Shown here: in pieces, positions 6,006 through 15,838 of the stretch
Position numbering within the stretch: position 1 is the first letter of the stretch
Layout: the number at the start of each line of letters is the position of its first letter
Origin: a virus
Taxonomy: Duplodnaviria > Caudoviricetes
IMG/VR virus record: IMGVR_UViG_3300025924_000017
Span: 161,612 to 225,611 of that record
Strand: one strand, 5' to 3'
DNA: 64,000 nucleotides
The notes under the pieces: model-generated
Databases searched by the model: none
The model's input: only the letters and a program-made list of their open reading frames with translations
Told to the model about the DNA's origin: nothing
Translations under genes and position numbers: made by a program

Positions 6006-6997
6006 CGACACTCCCAAATAACAAACCGCTCAAGGAAGAGGAAGCGACGTTCCACAGCGTCCTTGACCTCTACTATGAGACCTATGGCAAAAAGCTTGCG
6101 AGCGCGGGCGATGTCAAGCTCTCGATCAAATACTGGAAGGAAGCCATCGGTCCCACTGTCACGCTGGATAAGGTGACGATTGGGCTCGTGGAGGCCTTCA
6201 TCGAGCAACTGCGGGGACTGGGCTTCTCGGAAGGCTACATCAGCCGCATTCTTTCCGTAGCACGGGCGGCCGTAAAGCGCGCGCTTCGTACCGGTAAGAT
6301 CAGCGTCGCGCCCTTCATCCCCGACAACGAAAATCGCCGCCAGAAGCTCAACAAGAAGCCTAAAGGGCGTCCGCTGGAATTGCGCGAGATGGCTATCCTC
6401 TTCCTGTGCGCCGATCCTGCACACCTGCGTGTGTTCATGAGCTTGATGATCAACACGCTCTGCCGCCCTGACGCCGCGCTCGATCTCGGACCGGCTCAGA
6501 TTGACCTCGACAAAGGGGTCATCTTCCTCAACCCCGAGGACCGCGCCCAGACCAACAAGTTCCGACCTGCGGTCCCGATCACGACCGGCGTCCGTCCCAT
6601 CGTCGAGGGATGCCCGGCTGAGGCGTTCGTCAATGTGGATGGGCATAAGATCGGCGAGATCAAGAAGGCTTGGCGCACCATGGTGCGGCGGTCTGGCCTA
6701 CCCAATGCCGACCGCATCAAGCCCTATTCGATCCGCCACACCATGGGGCGAGAGCTTCGCGCAGGCGGGGCGTCCGGGGAGGACGTGAGCCTCTTCCTCG
6801 GGCACATTCCGGTCGGCGCAAACGAGGTCACGAGCGTCTACAGCCCCTACGATCCCAACTACCTGAAGAAGGCCGTCACGATCATTGAGGCCTACTGGGA
6901 TCGGCTGCGGTGGGAGGTCGAGAAGCAGGCTGCGGTATTCACGCCACCGCCACTTCAGCCCGGCAAGCGGAACGATCTCCTCCAGAACGCCGCGTGA
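5816..6997 (+). CDS. int: tyrosine recombinase / phage integrase
   Basis: Catalytic-box motifs LCRPDAALDL (R), YSIRHT (H/Y-x-x-R), FLGH and VYSPY (Tyr); N-terminal arm-binding-like GPYWLSKR; att site downstream. Confidence 0.92.
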   Translation: MSRSRKSTVARIGQHGPYWLSKRTGSANWHLTYYDEQRRKTVQESLGTTDTAAAEAQVVAHYLATLPNNKPLKEEEATFHSVLDLYYETYGKKLASAGDVKLSIKYWKEAIGPTVTLDKVTIGLVEAFIEQLRGLGFSEGYISRILSVARAAVKRALRTGKISVAPFIPDNENRRQKLNKKPKGRPLELREMAILFLCADPAHLRVFMSLMINTLCRPDAALDLGPAQIDLDKGVIFLNPEDRAQTNKFRPAVPITTGVRPIVEGCPAEAFVNVDGHKIGEIKKAWRTMVRRSGLPNADRIKPYSIRHTMGRELRAGGASGEDVSLFLGHIPVGANEVTSVYSPYDPNYLKKAVTIIEAYWDRLRWEVEKQAAVFTPPPLQPGKRNDLLQNAA

Positions 6998-7029
6998 ACA
7001 AAACAGCATTCGAAATCGTCCAAGACGTT

Positions 7030-7090
7030 GAAAGTGCGCCGTGTTCTCTGTGGCGAAACTGCGACGAAAGTGCGGTGAAATGCACGTAAA
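7030..7090 (+). repeat. candidate integrase arm-type binding sites
   Basis: GAAAGTGCG at 7030 and 7066, GAAACTGCG at 7055, GAAATGCAC at 7077; 11-bp periodicity between int and att. Confidence 0.45.
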
Positions 7091-7210
7091 GTCGTGTATC
7101 GTGACGTAACCAAATGTAACTGACGCGATCTACGGCAAAATCACCCCGAAATGTCAGACCCTAAAAATTACCGTAAAACCTTGATTTTCCTCGATTTTAT
7201 CTGAATTCAC

Positions 7211-7260
7211 TGGTCGGAGAGAGAGGATTCGAACCTCCGGCCCCCACGTCCCGAACGTGA
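7211..7260 (-). mobile_element. attP core: 3' half of tRNA-Pro(CGG)
   Basis: Minus strand TCACG-TTCGGGA-CGTGG-GGGCC-GGAGG-TTCGAAT-CCTCT-CTCTCCG-A-CCA; no 5' half present; 214 bp from the int stop; phage genes on both sides. Confidence 0.88.
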
Positions 7261-7328
7261 TAATCCCAAGTTTAAGTGATTGATTTCATTCAACTTTTTT
7301 GGAGGTTTGCGGCGCAATGCGGGTGAAA

Positions 7329-9278
7329 TCATTGAACTTTTGTTGGTCTGCGGCTGTCCATCACCGCAACAATATGTTCTTCCTTCTCGTACGCCCGCTG
7401 AGCCATCTTACAATCCAGAGACCCGTTCGCTGTCAAGAAGAAGCCCATCAGCTTGTCCGCCAACTGCCCGATACGGCAGATGCGGTCGAAGTCCTGTTCC
7501 AGCTTCGTGGGTACCCAGTCGCCCTCCAAGAAGGCGCAGTCCTTTGCCCGGGTGAGGGTGTAGCCGACGCCGCCGGAGTCGTGCTGGAGGAAGATGATCC
7601 GGCAGTTCTCGTCGTCTTGGAACTTATCGACGCGACCCTGCCGCTTGTTCGGCGCGACCCCGCCGTAGATCAGCATCGGGTCGTAGGCCGCCATAGCCTC
7701 CTGTGCAGCCTTGAGCACGTCGGTGTGGTAGCCGAAGCAGACCAGCTTTTCGCCGCCGTCTAGGAACGTCTTGAGCCACGGGATCGCAGCGGAGAGCTTT
7801 GCGAGGCCTAGCTCCCGGCGGACCGACGCCATCTCCTCGAACAGGACGGCGATGGCGGGCGGCTCCAGTCCGAGAACCGAGGTCGCATAGTCCATGTTGA
7901 GCGCCCGGCTGTTCGGCTTGTCGCGGTCGTACATGGCGTCCTCGAAGCCCAAGAGGCTCGCCGCCCTGACGATCTGGGAGCCTTCGACGCCCTCGCGCCG
8001 GATGCGGTCCGCCTCGCTCTCGTTCTCCCGGACCATCGCCTCGTAGAGCTTGAGCGCCTGTGCGAGTTCGTCCTCTCGCGCGACGACCTGCCTGATCTCC
8101 GGGCTGTCGAGGATGATGATCTGGCGCGACTTGGGTGGAAGCTCGGGGAGCACCTCCGCCTTGAGACGGCGGATCATGAAGGTCGAGCGAATTTTCTCGC
8201 CTAGCTCCTCCAGATTACTCGCGCCGGAGAAGTTGTAGTCGCCTTTCCGGCGCCCCTTCTCGTCGTAACCGCCGAGGGTCTGATCCCAATAGCCGCCACA
8301 GTAGCGATAGCCGAACTGAACTCGACCGCTGTCGGGGTCACGCGGATCGGGATTTCGTCCGAGACCATCCGGGTCGAACGCCTTGATCATCGGCCACAGT
8401 TCGATGGGCCGGTTCATCATCGGTGTGCCGGTCAGGAAGATGCGCCGGTTCGCTTCGATGGCGCTGTACCAGACGGGCTTCCATCCGGTGGACTTGTCGC
8501 GCTTCTTACCGCCGAGGATGAAGAGTGTGCGTCCGCTGTCGGCCGTCTTCAGCGCGTGCGCTTCATCGCAAATCAAAAGGTCCCACGAAACGGCTTTGAT
8601 CTGATCGTGGAAACGACTCAGGATGTCGTAGTTGATAATGACGACGTCAGTATCGGGCCAGAATTCCTTGATGATCTCTTTGGTGCGAAAGCGCGGCTGG
8701 CCTTTACGCTTGCCCGACTTGAAGACGCCGATCTGCTCTTTGACTTCGAGGTTTGTCTCAGCGATGCCGACCGAGACGTTCTTGGTCTTCCAGAGTTCAA
8801 ACTCGCGGCGCCAGTGTTCCTTAAGCGACGCCGGGGCGACGACTAGGCAGCGGCGCGCTTTCGGGTCGCCATTGAACACGCCGACGCCCATGGGGGACTT
8901 GCCGAGCCCCGGCTGATCGCCGATGAGCGTGTCTTTGCGTTGAAGCGCGTATTCGATGCCCGCACACTGATAAGGGAAGAAGGCGAACGGCAGCCCGGTG
9001 CGCGGATGCATCCCCGGTGGAACCGGCGGCTCGTAGTGTGTGCTGTTGGCGAAGGAGAGGTCGTAGGACGCCGCCAGCGTCTCTTGGCGCGCAATGACGT
9101 GCGCAAGCGCTGCGGGCGTCCATTCGACGCCCTGCACGCGCTCGGCGATTTCCTGACTGTCGGTGATCCATGCCTTGCGGACGGGAGACCATTTGAACCC
9201 GGCGCCTTTCCATAGCGCTCGTTCGTCCCATGTCCCAAGGCCAAAGAAGAACCCGTTCTTGAAGTGAATGCGGGCCAA
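7329..9278 (-). CDS. SNF2-family (HARP/SMARCAL1-like) helicase
   Basis: DQPGLGKS (motif I), DEAH (II), LTGTPMMN (III), SGGVGYTL (V), QDFDRICRIGQ (VI). Confidence 0.92.
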   Translation of the reverse strand: MARIHFKNGFFFGLGTWDERALWKGAGFKWSPVRKAWITDSQEIAERVQGVEWTPAALAHVIARQETLAASYDLSFANSTHYEPPVPPGMHPRTGLPFAFFPYQCAGIEYALQRKDTLIGDQPGLGKSPMGVGVFNGDPKARRCLVVAPASLKEHWRREFELWKTKNVSVGIAETNLEVKEQIGVFKSGKRKGQPRFRTKEIIKEFWPDTDVVIINYDILSRFHDQIKAVSWDLLICDEAHALKTADSGRTLFILGGKKRDKSTGWKPVWYSAIEANRRIFLTGTPMMNRPIELWPMIKAFDPDGLGRNPDPRDPDSGRVQFGYRYCGGYWDQTLGGYDEKGRRKGDYNFSGASNLEELGEKIRSTFMIRRLKAEVLPELPPKSRQIIILDSPEIRQVVAREDELAQALKLYEAMVRENESEADRIRREGVEGSQIVRAASLLGFEDAMYDRDKPNSRALNMDYATSVLGLEPPAIAVLFEEMASVRRELGLAKLSAAIPWLKTFLDGGEKLVCFGYHTDVLKAAQEAMAAYDPMLIYGGVAPNKRQGRVDKFQDDENCRIIFLQHDSGGVGYTLTRAKDCAFLEGDWVPTKLEQDFDRICRIGQLADKLMGFFLTANGSLDCKMAQRAYEKEEHIVAVMDSRRPTKVQ

Positions 9279-9427
9279 AAGTGCCTGAACAAATAGCTTG
9301 TGGGGGGAGGCCGGAGTGTCGTAAAGTACGGCACTAAAGTCAAGAATTACGACTATTGGCCGGTGGCCGGTCGGCTAAGTGTTTGAATTTCTTGACGAGT
9401 GTCACGGATTATGACATTGCTCTGCCC

Positions 9428-10231
9428 ATGCCACTCTCCAACGCGGGTCAACGCGACCCGTCAATGCTGGCTCAAACCAGCTACGAGCGTCATGCGCTCG
9501 ATTTCTACGCCACCCAAGAACGGACGGTCCTGTCACTCCTCGGCGTGATCGAGGACGATGTCGTTGGGTATCACGTCTGGGAACCGTTCTGCGGTACCGG
9601 CTCCTTCTCCATTCCGCTGGCCGGGATGGCTCGAAATGTTCTGTCTACGGACATCCACCGGCATGGCGATTTCCAGCCGGATGCGCTGATCGATTTCTTC
9701 GAGATCAAGACGGTCGAAGAAGCGGAAGCTGCTCGCATTGCGTTCGACGAAGCCTACGAAACGCCTTGGGACAAACGCACAAAACAGCAAAACAAAATTC
9801 TGGAGGCTGGTGGCGAAACCGTCATCACCATGAATACAATCGCGGAACTGAAAGGCTTCATGCCGGACGCGATCATCACCAACCCGCCTTACACCGGCAA
9901 GGTCCCTGACGGTTTCTACACATCCGGAAAGAACGCAGGCAAGCCGAAGTTCAAGACCATCGATCTCGCCGGAAATTGCGCACGACGTGCGCTCAAACTG
10001 ATGGAAGCACAGAAGGGAATGGTCATCTTCCTGTGCCGCCATGAATGGGATTGCGCGAAGAGCCGCCGTGATCTGTTCGACCACCCTGCCTTCGCAATGA
10101 AGATCGTCCTGCGCCACCGCCCGCGCTGGATCGCAGACTCCAGCGGCTCACCACGATTCCCCTATTCCTACTACGTCTGGAACTGGGCGAAACCCAAAGC
10201 AGCACGGCCCGAGATCATCTATGTCGCATAA
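9428..10231 (+). CDS. SAM-dependent DNA N6-adenine (or N4-cytosine) methyltransferase
   Basis: DFYAT, VWEPFCGTGS (motif I), DAIITNPPY (motif IV), YSYYVW; ATG 9428 follows the TTGACG promoter at 9392. Confidence 0.85.
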   Translation: MPLSNAGQRDPSMLAQTSYERHALDFYATQERTVLSLLGVIEDDVVGYHVWEPFCGTGSFSIPLAGMARNVLSTDIHRHGDFQPDALIDFFEIKTVEEAEAARIAFDEAYETPWDKRTKQQNKILEAGGETVITMNTIAELKGFMPDAIITNPPYTGKVPDGFYTSGKNAGKPKFKTIDLAGNCARRALKLMEAQKGMVIFLCRHEWDCAKSRRDLFDHPAFAMKIVLRHRPRWIADSSGSPRFPYSYYVWNWAKPKAARPEIIYVA

Positions 10232-11876
10232 TCAGTTCGATATTCACTCGGTGTCGCCCGCCGAGTTGCTGAAGCTCGTCAAGCAGGCAGGTGGTCAGCG
10301 CGAGTTCGCGCGTAAACACGGCCTCGCACGCACCACGGTCCAAGACCGTCTCTACAAACTGCGCAAGCAACCGTTCGGCCATCGTCCGCCGCCGAAAGCA
10401 CGACGTGTCGGTGAGAAGCGCGGTGTGCGCCGCTTCATTCTCACGTCCGCGCAAGACGGCACGGCGCCACACGAAGAATTCCTGTCAAACCTCGAAGCCT
10501 ATCGCACGTGGCTTCAGCAGTACGGCTCCTGCGAAATCCTGATCGGACCGTTCACGTACGGCAAAGGACTGTTCGAGGATCACGCGACCAAATCCAAGCA
10601 GGTCCACTATCACGAGCGCATCAAGCCGTATCTCGTCTTCGACCGTATCCGGATCGCCGACAAGATCGATTTCTGCGGCGAGATGAACACGCTGCCGACT
10701 GCGTCAACACCGCTCTCAGGCTTTGCGACCTATACCCAGAATCGCTGGGGCGTCTTCCCGCACGCGAAGGTCCAGTTGGCCTCGATCCCGCGCATGCATC
10801 ACGAGCCGCCGAAGCAGATCATGACGACCGGCGCCGTCACCAAGCCGAATTACATTCCGAAGAAGGCGGGCATCAAGGCGGCCTTTCACCACGTGTTCGG
10901 CGCAGTGCTTGTCGAGGTGGATCGTGATGGCGACTTCTTCTGCCGTCATCTGATCGCTGACAGCGACGGCACGTTCTACGATCTCGACCGCAAGGTCGAA
11001 GGAGCCAAGGTCTCCGCCGGGCACCGACTTACGGTCCTCACTCCCGGGGATATTCACATCGCCGGAACCGACCCGGAGGTGATGCGCGCCGTGTTCGGCA
11101 TCTATCCGACCGACACGAGCCGCTTCGGCATCCAGCGAAAATGGAAGACGGACGGCGTGGGGACGTCGCTGCTAACCACGCTCCGCCCGGAGCACGTGTT
11201 CTGCCACGACACGCTCGACTTCCGTGCCCGCAATCACCACGACATCAACAATCCCCACAAGCGGTTCGAGTTGTGGGTGACCGGCAGCGACTCCGTGGGT
11301 GGCGAGGTCGAAGAAGTGGCGATGTTCTGCTCGCACCTTCCGAAGCTCTACCCCGAGACCGAGTTCTACACGGTCGATTCCAACCACGATCAAGCGCTCG
11401 ACACGTGGCTCAAGTTTGGTGATTACAGGTTCGATCCCGTCAACGCGATCTTCTTCCTGCGCAACCAGCTTGCGCGGTATGAGTCAATGCAGCGGCAGGA
11501 CGACGGCTTCTCGATCTTCCAGCATGCCGTCAGCAGCTTCCCGAACTGGGATTGCTCGCGCATCCACTTCCTGCGCGAAGATCGCGATCCCATCGAGATC
11601 GGTGGCGTCCAGCACTCCTATCACGGACATCGTGGACCAAACGGTCGGCGCGGTTCGGTGGCATCGCTGGCTCAGGTGTGCGCGAAGCTCACCATCGGTC
11701 ACGTCCACTCGCCAGCGGTCCTTGACGGTCTCTGCGCGGCAGGCATGTCGTGTCTCAACGACCAAGGCTACAACAAAGGCCCCTCAAGCTGGTCACCGAC
11801 GCTCACAGCGCAATATGCGAGCGGTAAGCGTACGCTGATCACGTTGGTCGGTGAGAAGTGGTGCGTTCCGATCTGA
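10221..11876 (+). CDS. HTH plus calcineurin-like metallophosphoesterase protein
   Basis: N-terminal HTH (QREFARKHGLARTTVQDRL); metal-binding motifs PGDIH, CHD, DSNHD, HGH, GHVHS. Confidence 0.7.
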   Translation: MSHNQFDIHSVSPAELLKLVKQAGGQREFARKHGLARTTVQDRLYKLRKQPFGHRPPPKARRVGEKRGVRRFILTSAQDGTAPHEEFLSNLEAYRTWLQQYGSCEILIGPFTYGKGLFEDHATKSKQVHYHERIKPYLVFDRIRIADKIDFCGEMNTLPTASTPLSGFATYTQNRWGVFPHAKVQLASIPRMHHEPPKQIMTTGAVTKPNYIPKKAGIKAAFHHVFGAVLVEVDRDGDFFCRHLIADSDGTFYDLDRKVEGAKVSAGHRLTVLTPGDIHIAGTDPEVMRAVFGIYPTDTSRFGIQRKWKTDGVGTSLLTTLRPEHVFCHDTLDFRARNHHDINNPHKRFELWVTGSDSVGGEVEEVAMFCSHLPKLYPETEFYTVDSNHDQALDTWLKFGDYRFDPVNAIFFLRNQLARYESMQRQDDGFSIFQHAVSSFPNWDCSRIHFLREDRDPIEIGGVQHSYHGHRGPNGRRGSVASLAQVCAKLTIGHVHSPAVLDGLCAAGMSCLNDQGYNKGPSSWSPTLTAQYASGKRTLITLVGEKWCVPI

Positions 11877-12578
11877 TGGCAGATTGCACCTGCACCGATT
11901 GCGATTTCATGCGCAAAGCCCGAGACGCCATGGCCGATTTTACGGAGAGGCAGAAGAGCTTCACGCAAGAAGAAGCCCGTGCGTGGCTCGTCAAGCTCGG
12001 CACACATAACCCGGATGGAACACTGACACCTGAGTATGGCGGCGAAGCGTGAAGGCAAGCTCCCCCTACGATCTCTCCCGGACGGATCGCAACCCGCGTC
12101 CCGAATATCCGGTGCTCATCGTCGTCTCGTCACAACGAGAAGCCGAAGAGTTGCAGAAGAGGCTTCACCCGTCCGAGTTCTATGTAACGTCGGTCAATGG
12201 CCCTCTGGTAGGCCACCGCTTTCGCATGATTCAGGTCTGTATCTCCGCTTGGGAAAACAAAATGAGAGCTTCCCCGAGTAGGATGGAGATAGAGTCGGTC
12301 AATCGGTTTCTCACCGAGTATCTCCCCACGAAGCTCGCGGCCGGGTGCGAGCAGTATATTTTCCGGCTCTGATGGATCGCAACGACTTCCTCGCCAGCGA
12401 TACCAAAGGCGATCCAGCACACCCCGAACGTTTCCCGCAACGCTTCCAATCGATCCGTTGTGCGCAATGCACCGCGTGCACGTTTGATCGTCTCGCGGGA
12501 CGCTGTCTTTCCGGCGGTCCGTACAATTCCAACCTCGAAGTCTCGTTTTCCGAGTGTCACCATTTACGGAATTCTTGA
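11876..12578 (+). CDS. three small coupled hypothetical ORFs (11876..12052, 12049..12372, 12372..12578)
   Basis: Stop/start overlaps (TGATG, GTGA, TGATG); phage-like small proteins. Confidence 0.5.
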
Positions 12579-12609
12579 CGCAATTCACGACATTCGATAA
12601 CACCCTCGC

Positions 12610-15012
12610 ATGACGTTGCATACCGGCCGCTCCCTCGTATGGGATATTGAAACAGACGGCCTCCTCCGAGAACTCACCAAGGTCCACATTCTCTGCATCA
12701 AGGATGTCGAGAGCGGAGAGCGTTGGGTTTTCCACAACACCACCGGCGGTGAAGGCGTCAACGATCCCGAGGACAACATCCTCGACGGCATCGCGATGCT
12801 CAATGAGGCAGAGTGCATCATCGGGCACAACATCGAAGGCTTCGACTGCGAGGCGATGACGAAGGTCTATGGGGCGGCGTTCAATCCCCAAGGCATCGTG
12901 CGCGACACGCTTGTTATGGTCCGCATGCTGTTCGCCGACGAGAAGGAACGTGACTTCCGGCGCATTGCCCGTGGCGATCTCGAAGGCAAGTACATCGGAA
13001 GCCACGAACTCGGTGCGTGGGGTCAACGCCTAGGCTTTCCGAAGGGCGATTACTCCGATGTGAAGAAGGCTCAACTTCTTGAGCAATTCCCGCATCTTGG
13101 ACGCGGTGACACCAAAGAAGAGCGCGCTGCGAACAAGGCAGAACTCAATCGTCTCGTCTGGGAAAAGTGGTCTCCGGAGATGGAGGCCTACGCCGAGCAG
13201 GACGTGGAAGTCACCTTCCATCTCTGGAAGAAAATCCTGTCCAAACCGTGGCCCGATCTTGCCACCAAACTTGAACACGCCGTCCACTCGGAGATGGAGC
13301 GCGTTCAACGGAACGGCTTCCCCTTCGATCTGGAACTAGCCCGCAAACTCGAAGCCGACCTTCTCGTTCACCACGAGACGCTCTCTCAGAAGGCCATCGA
13401 TCACTTCGGGTCGTGGTGGGTGCCGTCGCGTTGGCTGCACGTCAACAACAAGAAGAGCACGAGCTACGTCTCGCCCGCGACCGGCAAGAAGGAGAAAGAC
13501 CTCGCGCCGTTCCGCCCGCGTCCCGAATTCGGCGAAGACGACACGCGTTCGCACTGGGGTGAAATTCAAATCCCGAAGCGCACGGTTCGCTTCAAGCCGA
13601 TCATCAACGAAGAGACCGGCGAAGTTCGTCACAAAGGCGATACCGAAGAAGGCTGCCCGTTCACCCCGGTCGAACTCAAAGAGTTCAATCCGAACTCCCG
13701 TCCGCAGATTATCGACCGTCTCACCACGATTTACGGTTGGGAGCCGCAGGAATTTACGGAAGAGGGTAATCCCAGCGTCAACGACGATGTTCTGCGCGAT
13801 CTCGCCAAGGACATCCCGATCTGCGACGAGCTTGCCGAAATCTTTTATTACTCCAAGCGCCTCGGCCAGCTTGCTGATGGCCGCAACGCCCTCATCGGTA
13901 AAGCCGAGGAGTGGGGCGACGGCAAAATCCATCCGCGTATCGTATCGGGCGGCACCGTCACCAACCGCGCCTCGCATTCCAATCCGAACATCGCGCAGGT
14001 TCCGCGCGTCGTGTTCAAGAACATCCTCCAGTGGGAGGAAGAAGACGCGACCTATTCCTTCGCCCAGAACAAGATCATCTACGGCCGCATCATCGACGGC
14101 GAGTTCGTCGAAGGTGGGCTCACCCCGCTTCTCGATCCGAACGGAAAGCAATGGAAGGGAAAGCCCAAGCGCGATAAGCAGGGCAACTTCATCCAGAACG
14201 CCGAAGGGCAATACGAGGTCTCCAAGTCCCTGTTGAGGGGACGTGCTGGCGATCACGGCTGGGACTTCCGCCATCTCTTCTACGTGCCGCCGGGCTGGAA
14301 GCTCATGGGTGCCGACCAAAAAGGCATCGAACTTCGCGCTCTCGGTCACTACATGGCCGAGTTCGACGGTGGCGACTATTTGCGCCTCGTCGTCGAAGCC
14401 GACCCGCACGATCTCCACCAGTCCGTTATGGAATTGGACAATCGTGACACCGCGAAGACCTTCATCTACGCGCTGATCTACGGCGCTCAGGACTTCAAGC
14501 TCGGGACCATCATCGATCCTTCGCTGGCGATGAAGCCGAACGCGGCGAAGGCGCTCGGCGCCGAAATGCGCCGTCGTCTTATGACCCGAATTCCCGCGCT
14601 TGGGAAGGTCGTGCAGGCAGTCCAGCGCATGGCTGGTCGCGGATACGTCGATGGTCTCGATGGCCGTCAGCTTTATGTCCGCGCCAAACACTCAGCACTG
14701 AACACCCTGCTTCAGGGTGCGGCGGCGACCGTCGCAAAGATGTGGTGCGTCAACTTCGAGAACTTCTGCGAAGAGGACGGCCTTACACACGGCTGGACCG
14801 GCGTGAACTCCGAAGACGGTCCGGGCGACTTCGCCATCCTCGCATGGATTCACGACGAATTGCAGGTCGCGGTCCGCGAAGAGATCGACATCATGGAAAT
14901 CGCGCGCCGCAACGTGGTCGATGCTGCGGCGAGTGCTGGTCAACGTCTCGGTTTCCGGGCGCCCGTCGATATCGACGTGAAGTGGGGCCAGCGCTGGAAT
15001 GAAACTCACTAA
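12610..15012 (+). CDS. polA: T7-like family A DNA polymerase with 3'-5' exonuclease and thioredoxin-binding-like loop
   Basis: WDIETDG, GHNIEGFD, YAEQDV (exo I-III); DQKGIELRALGHY (motif A), RDTAKTFIYALIYG (B), IHDELQ (C). Confidence 0.96.
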   Translation: MTLHTGRSLVWDIETDGLLRELTKVHILCIKDVESGERWVFHNTTGGEGVNDPEDNILDGIAMLNEAECIIGHNIEGFDCEAMTKVYGAAFNPQGIVRDTLVMVRMLFADEKERDFRRIARGDLEGKYIGSHELGAWGQRLGFPKGDYSDVKKAQLLEQFPHLGRGDTKEERAANKAELNRLVWEKWSPEMEAYAEQDVEVTFHLWKKILSKPWPDLATKLEHAVHSEMERVQRNGFPFDLELARKLEADLLVHHETLSQKAIDHFGSWWVPSRWLHVNNKKSTSYVSPATGKKEKDLAPFRPRPEFGEDDTRSHWGEIQIPKRTVRFKPIINEETGEVRHKGDTEEGCPFTPVELKEFNPNSRPQIIDRLTTIYGWEPQEFTEEGNPSVNDDVLRDLAKDIPICDELAEIFYYSKRLGQLADGRNALIGKAEEWGDGKIHPRIVSGGTVTNRASHSNPNIAQVPRVVFKNILQWEEEDATYSFAQNKIIYGRIIDGEFVEGGLTPLLDPNGKQWKGKPKRDKQGNFIQNAEGQYEVSKSLLRGRAGDHGWDFRHLFYVPPGWKLMGADQKGIELRALGHYMAEFDGGDYLRLVVEADPHDLHQSVMELDNRDTAKTFIYALIYGAQDFKLGTIIDPSLAMKPNAAKALGAEMRRRLMTRIPALGKVVQAVQRMAGRGYVDGLDGRQLYVRAKHSALNTLLQGAAATVAKMWCVNFENFCEEDGLTHGWTGVNSEDGPGDFAILAWIHDELQVAVREEIDIMEIARRNVVDAAASAGQRLGFRAPVDIDVKWGQRWNETH

Positions 15013-15222
15013 ATGAAAATCTTCTCAGCCCGACGCGCAAAGAACGAATACGGGAGCACCTTCGCATTTACCGGCGTGGTCAAACCCGACTCTACCGGTC
15101 GCTGCGATCACGTTTCCATCCAAGGGGGCGCCTGCGGTGCACGGCGCGTTGACCTGACGCTCTCAATCACAGAAGCCGCTAAACTCCGCGATTTTCTGAC
15201 CGAAATACTGGAGACGCCGTGA
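15013..15222 (+). CDS. small hypothetical protein
   Basis: 69-aa ORF immediately after the polA stop. Confidence 0.5.
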   Translation: MKIFSARRAKNEYGSTFAFTGVVKPDSTGRCDHVSIQGGACGARRVDLTLSITEAAKLRDFLTEILETP

Positions 15223-15373
15223 TGCTGCGTCTTCCCGTCATCCGCCACATCCGCTGGCTCATCCATTCCTATCTCGTCGAACGTCACTACCGCCGCTGGG
15301 CGCAAGTCGGAGCGTTGCCGGTCAACCGCGACCGCGATGAGGCCGTCTTGGATATGATCTGGCGCGGCGAGTA

Positions 15374-15781
15374 TTGATGCTCAATCCGCGTACTGCGATC
15401 CGGCGCATCAAACGCGTCCTCACACCCGATTTGCTGAAGCCCGCATATCGCTTCATGGCGTCGGCTACCAACCCGACCGCCGGTCATTGCTACCACGCGA
15501 CCGAAGCACTCTTTCACATACTCGGCGGCTACGAGAGTGACTGGGTCCCGATGCGTGTGCGTGAAGAAGACGGCATGACCCATTGGTGGCTGCGCAATCG
15601 CAAGACCGGCAAGCGCGCCGATCCCACTGAAGATCAATATCGCCTCGTCGGCGAAGAGCCACCGTACGAGCACGGCAAAGGCGGAGGCTTTCTCACGCGC
15701 CAGCCTTCCAAGCGTGCCGCCGAGATCATTCGGCGTGTCATGAAAACTGACTATGGTGACGTAATTCTTGACACACTCTGA
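15374..15781 (+). CDS. conserved phage hypothetical protein with GHCY...HWW signature
   Basis: AGHCYHATEALFHILGG and THWWL pattern that I recognise from other phage proteins; function unknown. Confidence 0.6.
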   Translation: MMLNPRTAIRRIKRVLTPDLLKPAYRFMASATNPTAGHCYHATEALFHILGGYESDWVPMRVREEDGMTHWWLRNRKTGKRADPTEDQYRLVGEEPPYEHGKGGGFLTRQPSKRAAEIIRRVMKTDYGDVILDTL

Positions 15782-15838
15782 AACCCACGCTATCACCTTG
15801 CCACACTTAGTTTTTCTTCGTTCGAGTAGTTCTCCCCT

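Noticed and set aside
7211-7260. Intact tRNA-Pro gene or prophage boundary with host DNA
   Set aside because: The acceptor 5' strand and D arm are missing, and both flanks are phage genes, so it is read as attP.
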